64,000 nt of DNA from Phoronis australis (taxonomy: Eukaryota > Animalia > Phoronida). The position numbers were made by a program, and so were the translations under genes. The notes below the pieces were generated by a model. That model did no database searches. It was given only the letters and a program-made list of their open reading frames with translations, and had not been told where the DNA came from. The DNA lies in the NCBI GenBank assembly GCA_002633005.1, contig NMRA01000208.1, positions 411,606 through 475,605 on the forward strand, written 5' to 3'. Shown piece after piece: positions 11,994-22,600 of this stretch (positions are counted from its first letter, which is position 1; each line of letters starts with the position of its first letter).

Positions 11994-13391
11994 TTTTCTA
12001 AAACGTTCGTTGTAATCCGCACACTCGACCCGGATTGTGTGAAGCTGAAAAGCCAGTATACGTAACACAGTTTGACTGTAGCTAATCGCCAGAAGATGGC
12101 GTACTGTGCTGACTGAGAAGAGGATCACAACTTATTTCAGGTTACGAGAAACTCTCACCCTGAGGACACAGTTTGGCCGACAAGGGGGATTTATTTTCTC
12201 ACTTTTCAACAAAGATATGTTGCACCAAATCGAGGCTTTTCCACGTTCAACTTATGTTCCATTGCTTGCACCGGATAAAATATGTCCTTGAAAGATTAGG
12301 AAAGGCCGTATTCTTGGCAATTGTTTCTGGGCAAAATTAGTGAGATTTTATTGCAGTTTTGGCGAAAGTGCCAAATTAGGTGCGCATAATAATTTACTTA
12401 TTTCAAATATACGGTAATGGTGCATTCAATTCGCGCACATCTCATTTCGCACACACAAAATGTTTGTAAATCAATATTTTGTCCCTCACTTATTTCGCAT
12501 GAAGCTATTTGATAGGAACTTCTTGCCTCATCTCATTCACGCAAGGTCAGTTTTATTCTTCAGAAATATCAAAGCAAAGTCTGTTGTAACGTTAATCCAC
12601 GTAACGCACACCTCTGTAATTGTGGTAATGATGTCTGAGTACTGCCTGCATATTCACCATTTAATTCATCCAAGCACACAGAATATGGGGTGAAAGGTGT
12701 GACCTCGGGAGTGTTGTGTGACTTAAAGCCGTACGCTCAGAGGAGCATTTCACAAACGATTGGATAAAGTGCCTTCGGTAGAACAGGATATATTGGCAAC
12801 CTGCAGGCCGCATTTCAATAAATTCACCCAACATTAGTTTGTTTGGTTTCTAAGTTTATTTCACACACTTCCGTCACTTAAGTATATTTAGTTTGTCACA
12901 CCCTTCAATCCCCAACTATTTGGAACTATGTTTAACATGTTTTGCAAGGGAAGAATATCCGTGTGTTAAATTTGTACAGAATAACATTTACATCATTAAT
13001 TCTGTAGGTGTGTTGCTACTAGCTGATCAGTGCAAGACGAAAGCTTGGTCACGCACATAAACAAGCGTGCTTCTGTCGAGTCGTTTTAATCCAATCAGTA
13101 GTTATGACTTGTGTCCAACTTTCTTTGTGTGTTTGGCAACAGGAACACAATGATGCAATTAAAATCGGCTTTAAGTGCTTACCTTGCTAGATTCCCTTAA
13201 AGCTACATTTCGCCGTTTCTATATGGCTAAAGACGAAAATCGACTCAGGCCTTCAACTCTCTTAAATTGGTTCTCATAATATTCTTTACAGTGACAGGGT
13301 TTTATTTTCATCACCAACTACAACATCGAAACTATCATCGGCTCAAGAAAACGGGTTTAGATTTCAATGGCGTTTTCCAATTAAGCCTTAA

Positions 13392-14592
13392 AAGGACGTC
13401 AAACCCGGTTTTGATTTACTGACATGCTAAAAACGACTTTCCCATTCAATTCTCTAAACCAAAATAATGCTCTACAACCCCCGACAACCCTCAAAAGTTT
13501 GGACGGAAAATTGAAAACTCCTTTCAAAGTCTGCTAAACGGGCAAGCGTGACCTACGTCTTTAGCCAATTACACGGCAGCTGTGGGAAAAGACCACCTAC
13601 CAAGGACCATAATATCCAATCTGAGCAAAAACGGAGTATGAATTTTTAGTTGATTCCTACCTGTAACTTGGAAGGTTGAAGCCAATAATGCATTAGCAGG
13701 TGACAACGAGGATTGGTTGAAATCGTCAAAACAGGGTTTAGTGTACTGTTTACATTGCAAATTCGACAATGTTGCATGTATATATTGCATGTATATATTG
13801 CATGTATATATTGCATGTATATATTGCTTGTATATATTGCCTGTATATATTGCCTGTATATATTGCATGTATATATTGCATGTATATATTGCATGTATAT
13901 ATTGCCTGTATATATTGCATGTATATATTGCATGTATATATTGCATGTATATATTGCATGTATATATTGCCTGTATATATTGCATGTATATATTGCATGT
14001 ATGTATTGCCTGTATATATTGCATGTATATATTGCATGTATATATTGCGTGTATACATTGCGTGTATATATTGCATGTATACATTGCATGTATATATTGC
14101 ATGTATATATTGCATGTATACATTGCGTGTAACTTGAACTGACGGTTAATTTGGGAAAAATCAAGATCGCGTGAGCGTATTAATATTTCTAAAACCTAAA
14201 GCACTTATGTTAAGAATTCCACCATTGACAGCTATAAACAGGGCTTGTATTGATGACCACCACAACCAATCTTCGTTCCATCACCTTCTGATGCATGACT
14301 GGCGCCAACCTTCCAAGTTAAAGGCAGGAATCAACTAAAAACTCATACACCCTATCTCGCAAGTTGGATATTACGGTCCTTCAGTTGGTAGATGGTCTTT
14401 TCCCAAAGTTGCCGTGTAAATTGCTGAAAGTCACGCTTGCCCATTTAGCCGACTTTGAAATGAGTTTTCAAATGTTCCTCAAAACCTTTGAGGGTTGTGA
14501 AGGTTACAAAGCATTATTTTGATTCTGAGAACTAGTTGTGGAATGTCGTTTTTAGTATCTGTTACAAGGCCAAAGCCGGGTTTGACATCCTT
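13392..14592. mobile_element. Non-autonomous foldback-type DNA transposon with ~370-bp TIRs, TTAA flanks (Kolobok-like) and an internal minisatellite
   Basis: ttaa|aaggacgtcaaacccgg ... ccgggtttgacatcctt|ttaa. Arms ~13392-13765 and ~14215-14592 are imperfect reverse complements along their length. Confidence 0.85.
13772..14130. repeat. 13-bp minisatellite (ttgcatgtatata)n, ~27 copies
   Basis: Direct reading; variant units ttgcctgtatata and ttgcgtgtataca. Explains the six overlapping repetitive ORFs. Confidence 0.97.
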
Positions 14593-14890
14593 TTAAGTAA
14601 CCGATGAGAAAAATATATCACTTGAATCTCTTTGCAAAAGCACATGTATTCTTCCCTGAACAAAGACAATATCACGAATTTCAGCCTTTTAATACGCATT
14701 TGCTTCATTTACCATCAATTTCCATAAGTTTATCAAGCAACTGTAACTTTCTACAAACCACTGAATAAATCCTACGTTGAAACCCACGTCGGTCGAGACA
14801 GCAACTCGAGCGGTTTGCGTACCGTGAAATCTGCCGCAATGATCAATGACACCCTGCAATTGTAGGGAATTACATCGCCACTGAACGTCA

Positions 14891-15195
14891 CCCGAGGGGT
14901 TATTCATCTTGACAAGGTACCGGCAGGCGTGTACCAAAAATTGCTCAGAGACCCCCTATTGCGGGTGCCAGGTCTGTGAGTAAATCCTACGCCCTTTTGC
15001 GGGGGTAGGAAGACGGGCAGTGCGTCTTTTGTGGATCTTAAGCAAATGCAGTGTACCTTTTGCAGGGACGAAGTGGAAATTTAGGGACCTATTGGACCCC
15101 GCGCGTCCGCAAAAACTTACTGAAAAAGTACCGCCTACCTGCAATTTTTGGTACACGCCTGCGGGCGCCTGTGTCAATATAAGTGACCCACTGGG
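14891..15195. mobile_element. MITE with ~54-bp imperfect TIRs (CCC...GGG ends)
   Basis: cccgaggggttattcatcttgacaaggtaccggcaggcgtgtaccaaaaattgc versus gcaatttttggtacacgcctgcgggcgcctgtgtcaatataagtgacccactggg. Second partial copy at 2230-2422. Confidence 0.8.
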
Positions 15196-16145
15196 ATGCC
15201 ACAAACTGCTAAGTTATCAGACCCATCATAAACACACTTAAGGGCTTAAAATTACTTTTTAAATTATCCTTTTGAAAGTTTTTAAATAGCTCATTTGAAT
15301 AGTTTGTGAAAAGTACACGTGTTTAAGTTTTTGAACTTTGAAAATCAGAACAAGAAATGCAACTTTTCACCTAAAACTTTTGAACAATGTTGCCAGTATT
15401 CTGCTTCTTATTAATTCTGCTGGGTGTGCAACATAATTGGGCCAATTACCAAACCAGCAGGCAGCAGTTGGATTTTGAGGTAAGCTAAGTGTCATGTACA
15501 ATTCTTGGCATGCAACTGCAGGTAAACCCCCAATCGGTGTGACCCAACAACAAAATACAAAATCCTGTTTCCTGAGAATAAACATCATCATAATTTTAGC
15601 GGACATGGTGCAAAAAATTCCAACGAATATAATAGAAAAAGAAAGACAAATGAAATCAAACGAGCACACCCCAGTGTGTATAATTATTAGAATACAGGGA
15701 AACTAAACAAAACATTAATTTTATTGAATCAATTATCAGTTAACATAATTTATTCAAAAAATGTCAGTTTGTAACATGCATTCCCTCCTGCGCATTACAG
15801 ATACTTCTTGTAGACTCCAGGTCCGTAGCCCAGCAGTAAATCCAATGATCAGGTTACAAAATTTGCGATTACAGGACCATTGACTATTCTTCAACAGTCC
15901 CCCTAGTATGATTCTCCAGTCTTCACCAATTTCCTGCTCTCCCGCCCTAGCTATCACTGTATCTACCGAGGTTGTCAACATGACTTTTCTCAGCTTCAGA
16001 ACTCCAATCAGTAATAATGGCCTTTTTATGAAAACGTCAATTACCACGACGACCATTCCTTGAAAATGTAGCCAGCCACGAGTCATTTCATGCCCATCAA
16101 TTGATCTGTGTCTCCAGCGAGTTGACTAACTCTCATAAGCAGCTA

Positions 16146-19100
16146 CTAGCTCCCCCTATAGGTGGAGTAACCAAAAGGACTAAGTAGTAGAGGGACGTGG
16201 TAATGCTGATTTGGATCTTCTATGGTAAAAACAACCTGAAAACAGGAAATGACATCAATCACTTTCAAACCAATTGTTATCACACATTGACCTTTTATAG
16301 ATAGTGTGAGATGTCATATAAACAAAGGATTGTGGGAAATTGTTCATCCAATTTTATATGATGTCCCAACTGAATTATGCTGCCACATTTGTGCTGTGTT
16401 AGATATATGCTGTGTAGAGATCGGATCACTTCACAGCCAAAAATTTGTCATAGATCCGAGTAAACAAATACATCAAACCTGCCCAAAATTGGAAAGGCCT
16501 CGAAATCTTCCTAAAAAAACTACTTGCAGCAGGAATATGTCAGCCAATATTCATAATGTTCCTCGAATCAAATTGAGAGACCAGTGCCAAAAACAGACTT
16601 GGAAACCTAAAAAATGGCCTCTATGTGGTACAGAATATGTTCAATCCATCCAAAAATGGGAAGACGTCTTCACTTTTTTTTTGCTAAATTTCATATGAAC
16701 TCCAAAGATACAGAGGCAAGGGCAAAAACAATTGCCACTAGGGAGCAGAGTAGCAGACCGATCGATCTGAAACATGTCACCTGTTGTCAGCTTCATAGAA
16801 ATACAATTCTGTCAAATCTCATTATCATCCTGCAGCTACAGTAGCAGATGTCCAGACAGAGATGATAGCAATATGCACCCACAAACGTTTAACGTGGGCT
16901 CATAAAACGAAATAACACAATCTTTTTTGACTTACATCAACAAACGGGTAAAATCCTTTCACACCGATCAGCTTGAAATAGTTGCCAGTATTAAAATGCA
17001 ATTTGTACGTAGCAGGCACAAATGTAGTACTTGAAATAAGTCCAGGGCATCGACCATCTGAATTGGTTTGACTGAAATAAAAAGTAAACAGAATGTTACT
17101 TGAAGACCTACACAGCGTTAATAAGGTCAAGCTGAACTAACAAACTTCAAATTGAAATTCATCAGGTTGGTGGAAAATCTTCCCGTCGAAGCAATCAACA
17201 AAATTCCTTCCTTTATCATTTGTAATCAAGAGTGCTTACTTGCCACATTAAACGAGAGTACGAAATTACTGATATGCAACCATAACAGATACAAGAGAAG
17301 TCTTTATTTTAAACATTGCCACTAGAGGGAGCAATGCCAGCTGCGCTCTCCTCAAAAGCAACATAATGCTAAACATCATGAAGATCCATTTACAAAATTT
17401 GGCGGAAATTGAGGCAGGCACACAAAGACCAACAAAATTGCCATGATTACTACAGGGCGCCACAGTAGATGGATCTGCATCAAAATTGATGGCCACTAGG
17501 TGGGGTAGAATTAGCCAAACCTGTCAGAAAATTGAAAGGCATTGTCACCTCTTAAATAGAAACCTATTTGCCAAATTTCATGAAAAACAATCAATATATG
17601 AAGATACAGAGGAAAGCATAAAAAATTAAAATTGCCACTAGGGGGTGCAGCGACGAGCGGTATGGTATGACATATGCCACCTGTTGTCGTTTTCTGACAG
17701 AAAAAAATCTGCCAATTTTGACAAAGATCCTACAAAGAGTTAAGGAGATTCAGCTGCAGACATGAGAAACTACTAAATCATTACCAGAAGTACCCAGAGT
17801 AGTCCGAAAATTGACGACTTTCAAACAAATTGACATCATATGGCTCTTTGGACAGCCAAATCAGGTATGCCTTTGCACACCTGATGTACACTTACATTTC
17901 CAAGCAAAAAATATTTTAGTCAATGCGGCAGCATGCTGAAATGATTATTTGCTTTTTTCAAAAATGTATGGCCTTCACATGCAGGCTTACTCATTTTGGT
18001 AATCAGGTAGAACACCAACTTTGACGATTTACCTTTTCGTAATTTGTTTCCACTGGCCTCCATCTTCAACAAATAAGGTGATCTCTAGCGACACTGCTGG
18101 CTGCCCTCTGGCCGTGTCCAGCACATGAGTTGTGAGCGGAGAGTTAGAAGACATTACAGACTGAAATAGACATTATGTAAATGCAATGCATTTTGGTATA
18201 CTTTGATACAGCTACACTCACTCATCAATCTATGTCAGTTACAAGTAAGTTGATATCAGGGATTTGTTGACCTGTCTCATCTGTGTTACTGCAACTCCAT
18301 CCGGATTGCTAATAGCATGCCTGACCACACAATAGACATATCCAAATTCTATAGAAACTTACGTCAAAGCCATTTTTTGCAAATTCTGCTTCAACCTATC
18401 TAAATTATAAAAGTCACATTATTGTATAGGTTAAATAGCAAAAAAGACATCTATTGAACATGAAACAGCTAAACAGACATTTGTAAGCTGTGCCTCAGTG
18501 ATTATTGCATTTTTGGGGTCTGAAAATCAACATATTGACCTTGTCACTCCGGCAATAACTGTACTTTATATTGGATGGTAGGCCAATCCAAAACTTTGGC
18601 AACGGAGAGTGTTAGCCACAAGCTCCTGTCTCAAATTCTAATATAATATGACAAGATTTTTTGGTTTCGGGTAACCCACATATTTACCATGACTTTTCTG
18701 TTAAATTGAATTCTAGTGGAGTTCTGGACTCAAACAGCTTGTATTACACGCATGTCATCGTGTTTACACTGAACTGCACAATCATGTGCAAAATCTTGCG
18801 TTTTGAATTTGGCTGATACATACGTTGAACTAGCAGCGTTGTGAATTTCTGGTTCCCCATGTGACGTACTATCCTATAGAGCCTCTCTTAATTGCCGTTA
18901 AGTGGCAATAACCTCTTGGGGAGCTGGTTTGGATGTTCATCTTTTATGCCTCAGTGGCCGTTCCCCATGCACTGACATCGTGAATTTTTCTACACTGTCA
19001 CACACAAAACTCAAAAGACAGAAAGCGAGTTACTCACTCACTCCCAAACTCCCTCCTCCCAAAGGTATGGGCTCCCTCCTCCCAAAGGTAAGGGTTTCCA

Positions 19101-19436
19101 TTCTCTGCGCAATGGGCCCTCCTGAGCGGCCTGTGTACACATAGGTACAGCATGTACCAAACCGCATGGGCATTTAAAAGTGAAAATTTACAAATTTCGG
19201 GGGTGGGCGGTAAGTCGAACATGGGCGCTAACTCGAACGAGTACGGTAGTACAGTGCAGAGTACAGCTGAGACAGGTTGCGACTAGTTGAGTGATGCCGG
19301 TCAACAAGTCAAAAGCCAAGGCAGTCTACTGTAGGCCTAGGAAGTCTAGGCTGTGCGGTTTTTCGTATTGCACTGAAAGTAAACCTACGTTTAACGCAAT
19401 GTGATTCTTAAGTATTCTTAATCTCTCTTCTGTCAT
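16146..19436 (-). CDS. URAH: 5-hydroxyisourate hydrolase (transthyretin-like HIUase), 133 aa; exons complement(19389-19436, 18033-18160, 16936-17071, 16146-16235)
   Basis: [16 protein letters not shown]|[22 protein letters not shown]...|[11 protein letters not shown]...[11 protein letters not shown]...FYPFVD|[29 protein letters not shown]. Contains the [17 protein letters not shown] and YRGS signature motifs; all junctions GT-AG and phase-consistent; AATAAA on the minus strand at ~15749-15754. Confidence 0.96.
16400..17800 (+). repeat. Related degenerate repeat blocks in URAH introns 2 and 3, carrying GCCACTAGRKGG motifs
   Basis: aaatttcat...aagatacagagg...aattgccactaggg...cat.t(g/c)cacctgttgtc at 16685-16790 and 17573-17690; further motif copies at 17318 and 17492. 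The span includes URAH exon 3, which is not part of the repeat. Confidence 0.6.
19020..19175 (+). mobile_element. SINE-family fragment (3' part)
   Basis: tgggccctcctgagcggcctgtgtacacataggtacagcatgtacc matches 41306-41350 and the reverse complement of 45180-45230; gcgagttactcact.actcccaaact also occurs at ~39435. Confidence 0.55.
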
Positions 19437-19637
19437 AACGTCGACAATGAAACCATTTAAGTGGACAGAAGCGGCCGTTTCATTTCCAGAACTCCAACCA
19501 CCACTGCTCCAACTTCAGCAGCTTCTGCCAACCTAGCGGTTGATAACGAAACTATTAGACGGAAGAGAAGGAACGGAAGTCCGCGCGGAACTTTGCGGAA
19601 ATGACCGAACGTACGGACTGTTTTGACAACAGCCAAT
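19437..19637. promoter_or_regulatory. Compact bidirectional promoter shared by URAH (-) and LRRC63 (+)
   Basis: 201 nt between the divergent ATGs; CpG-richer than the flanks; four co-oriented CGGAA (ETS/GABP-type) cores at 19560, 19574, 19586 and 19596; YY1-like aatATGGC over the LRRC63 start; weak X-box-like GTTGATAACGAAAC at 19539-19552. Confidence 0.8.
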
Positions 19638-22600
19638 ATGGCTACCGAACTGCAGAGCAACTTGATATCGGTGAGTACATTAAAAAATAACTTCCCTTGC
19701 ACACTTATCGTTTATAAAGCAAGCGAATTTATTTGTTTGCTCTCATATGCTGGGCGTAGTTGAAAATATGAAAAATAGTTCTTTAGACTTGGTAGAAACC
19801 ATATGATTTTGAACTGCACAGATTGACCATTCACTGAACTGTTGAAGTAGGGCAAGTAGGCCTAATGAAGTTCTATTCTGAACCCGGCCGTGTAATCGTT
19901 TTTGGTACTGGTCGGATATATCAGTACCTGATTTAGAGAACCAGTGTCATCCATTAAACAATAGGCTGGTTATTCAATGGTGATTGATTGCCTGGTTCTG
20001 TAGATCAGGGACTGCTTTCCGACCAGCGATAGGTTTTAAATTTTGGAACCATGTCGAGCCCGCCTATACTGATACATGGGCAGCGCACCATAGTCATAGC
20101 CTAGGGGACTGGGGGGGGGGGCTATACCCCCACTTTTTTCAGTGCTGCGCCGCCAATGCTTTATTATACGGAGCCCGTGTTCTTTGACTTTTAAATTCGA
20201 GTCGAAATGCTTCTTCTACTCTAGGTCTCTAGGCAATTACATTGCATCCATGTATACCGCATGCATACACAGGTTATAGTACACCCTCTTAAACAGTTAT
20301 TCATCTCAAAATACAGCTAATAACATATCGAATGAAGTATGTAATTAATATGTATATATACATTGAGTTATATGATAAATTTATAAACACTTGCCACGAC
20401 TCTGAAGACAATTTAGCATGTGGAGAATTTCTCGCTTACACTGAGTCCCTAAGCCCCTGACAACTTTTATGATTCCTATTCAGCACATCCTTTTTATTGA
20501 TGTAGATCTGAACTAATGAAGTGGAAGGTAATAGCTAGCACTACTTTCTTAACAATGGTGGTCGTTATTACACTCAAATTGTTTTTCTTTGGCATTTGCA
20601 CACAGTTAAAGCCTGCAATATGGAGAGCACTTTTATCTTGGTACATTTTGAATATTACAAAAGAACTAAAAGTTTATTTGTATTGATCTTTACAAAATTA
20701 AGGGCCACTTCCCAAAGGAACGTTGGTTTTAAATATGTTTCATACCTGTTTTCATTACTTTGTTTTGATACTCCTGTTTACTTGTTTTTTTTTCTTACCG
20801 GTTAGGGTTGCTATCTTTTTTATTTTGTGTTTAACCAAAGCATCAAACCAACTTAGAAGTCAGTTAATTGTGAACCCATCTCTAAATTTTCCAGATTACT
20901 GCTACACCAAACATGTCACAGCAAACGAAACTCCGCTTACCTTTAGTTCAAGTTCAATTTTTATTAGAACTCAAATCATAAACTATATACAAATGTGCAA
21001 ATATAGTGATAGCCAAACTGAAGATTTGGAACCTCTGGACAATTTTGGTTGCAGTAACTACATAACTATTCTTGCTTTTCCTCAGTCATAAAAATGAAAT
21101 CACAGCTCTTGCCCACCGACCAACCTCGTCTGCTTGCACTGTCTCGTTAACTACAAAGCTAGCCAGGCCTTCATGCAGCGTCCGTCCTGGGCGTCCATTT
21201 GGACGCCCTAGCACTAATGTAGACGCCCTGGCAAGGACGCCCAATGTATCATTTGGACGCCCTGTCAATCAGAATTTCTCCAGTTTGGACACCCACATTG
21301 AAAGATTACTAAGACTCCCAGTTAATCAAAGCGGGAAGTTGGCCCTTTCAACTCAGAAAGAAATATACAAAGTATTTAAAATGTTGCAATATTCAAACTA
21401 TTTGGTAGACCTGTCAATCATTAGCACGTGGTTGGTTGCCAGAGTGTCTGCTTTCAATAGATTCACATGCCACTGCCATTCTGTACTTTATATAGGGACA
21501 TGGACCTTGCTTAACTCCAAACTGGTGTTTCAGAGCTGTAATTTCATGTACTTCATCTTTTTTTAAAAATACCAAAAGCAAAATAAATGTCATTATTTTA
21601 ATAATATGATGAGCCGCAAGAATATCCCCATTTAAAATGTTTGAGTTTTCGCCTGTTTCATGCTTTTCTATGTGCGTCTAAAATGGAGCAGCAGTGACAC
21701 CTGTTGTCAAAATATAAACCAACATCATCTGTGCATTTTTCTTTTGTTGGTAACTGTAGCTTTGATGACTCATTGTACAGAATATAAAGCTAGCGAAGTT
21801 GATATAATAAACTTTATAACAGAATTTGACTTGAGATGACCAAAAACAGTGCACTCATCATTCAACCAATATCTGTTATATCTGTAATACCCGTTTGGTA
21901 AGCTATTTGGCTGTTTTCGTAAATTTAAACATAAAAGTCTTGACCAACAGTATTTCAGTACTTAAAAAAGCCCAATACAAGGGAGCTGTTTTTGTAAACT
22001 TAGGTGTAACAGCCTTGTTCAACGCATTTTTTAATTGTAAAAAAACCTCACTGTGTGTGTTGGGGGGGGGGGTTACTGGTGAATGGGGTGGGGGGGTAAT
22101 GCGGCGTTGGAATCATGGACGCCCTGGAATATTAGGAACCCCATTTTGGACACCCTATGTTCGAAATCCTAGATGAAGCCCTGAAGCTAGCCATCTTAGT
22201 TATCTTCACAGGTGTTCCATTACAAATACAAGCTAATTATCGAAATTAGTGCATTTCCGCGAATAGCTGTTTTCCGGTTAGTGTACTACTCCTGGAGTAA
22301 TGTAGTTTGGCATGCACTGAGCCATAAGTGATGTTTTGAAAATTATTGACATCTAATTTAGTCACTGTGTGTTGTTTGTAGATGTTTCAATGTAGCTTAG
22401 TTGTATATTAAATAACCCACGTGATATTGTTAACTCTGATCAGCGTTTGTAAATCACCGAGTATATCAATACTCACAGTCGTTTATCCCTCAATCATACC
22501 CAATGTTTGTAGTTTTTAGCTTAATAGTTCATCGATTTTTAAAAATCAAAAACCAAACTTGGTTGTTTTTTTCCATCTGAATACAGCTGTGGTATTTGTT

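Noticed and set aside
13569-14164. Six overlapping 121-184 aa Cys/Tyr/Ile-rich ORFs
   Set aside because: Translation artefacts of the stop-free 13-bp minisatellite.
16146-19436. Transthyretin (thyroid-hormone carrier)
   Set aside because: The C-terminal YRGS, catalytic His/Arg motifs and PTS2 instead of a signal peptide identify HIUase.
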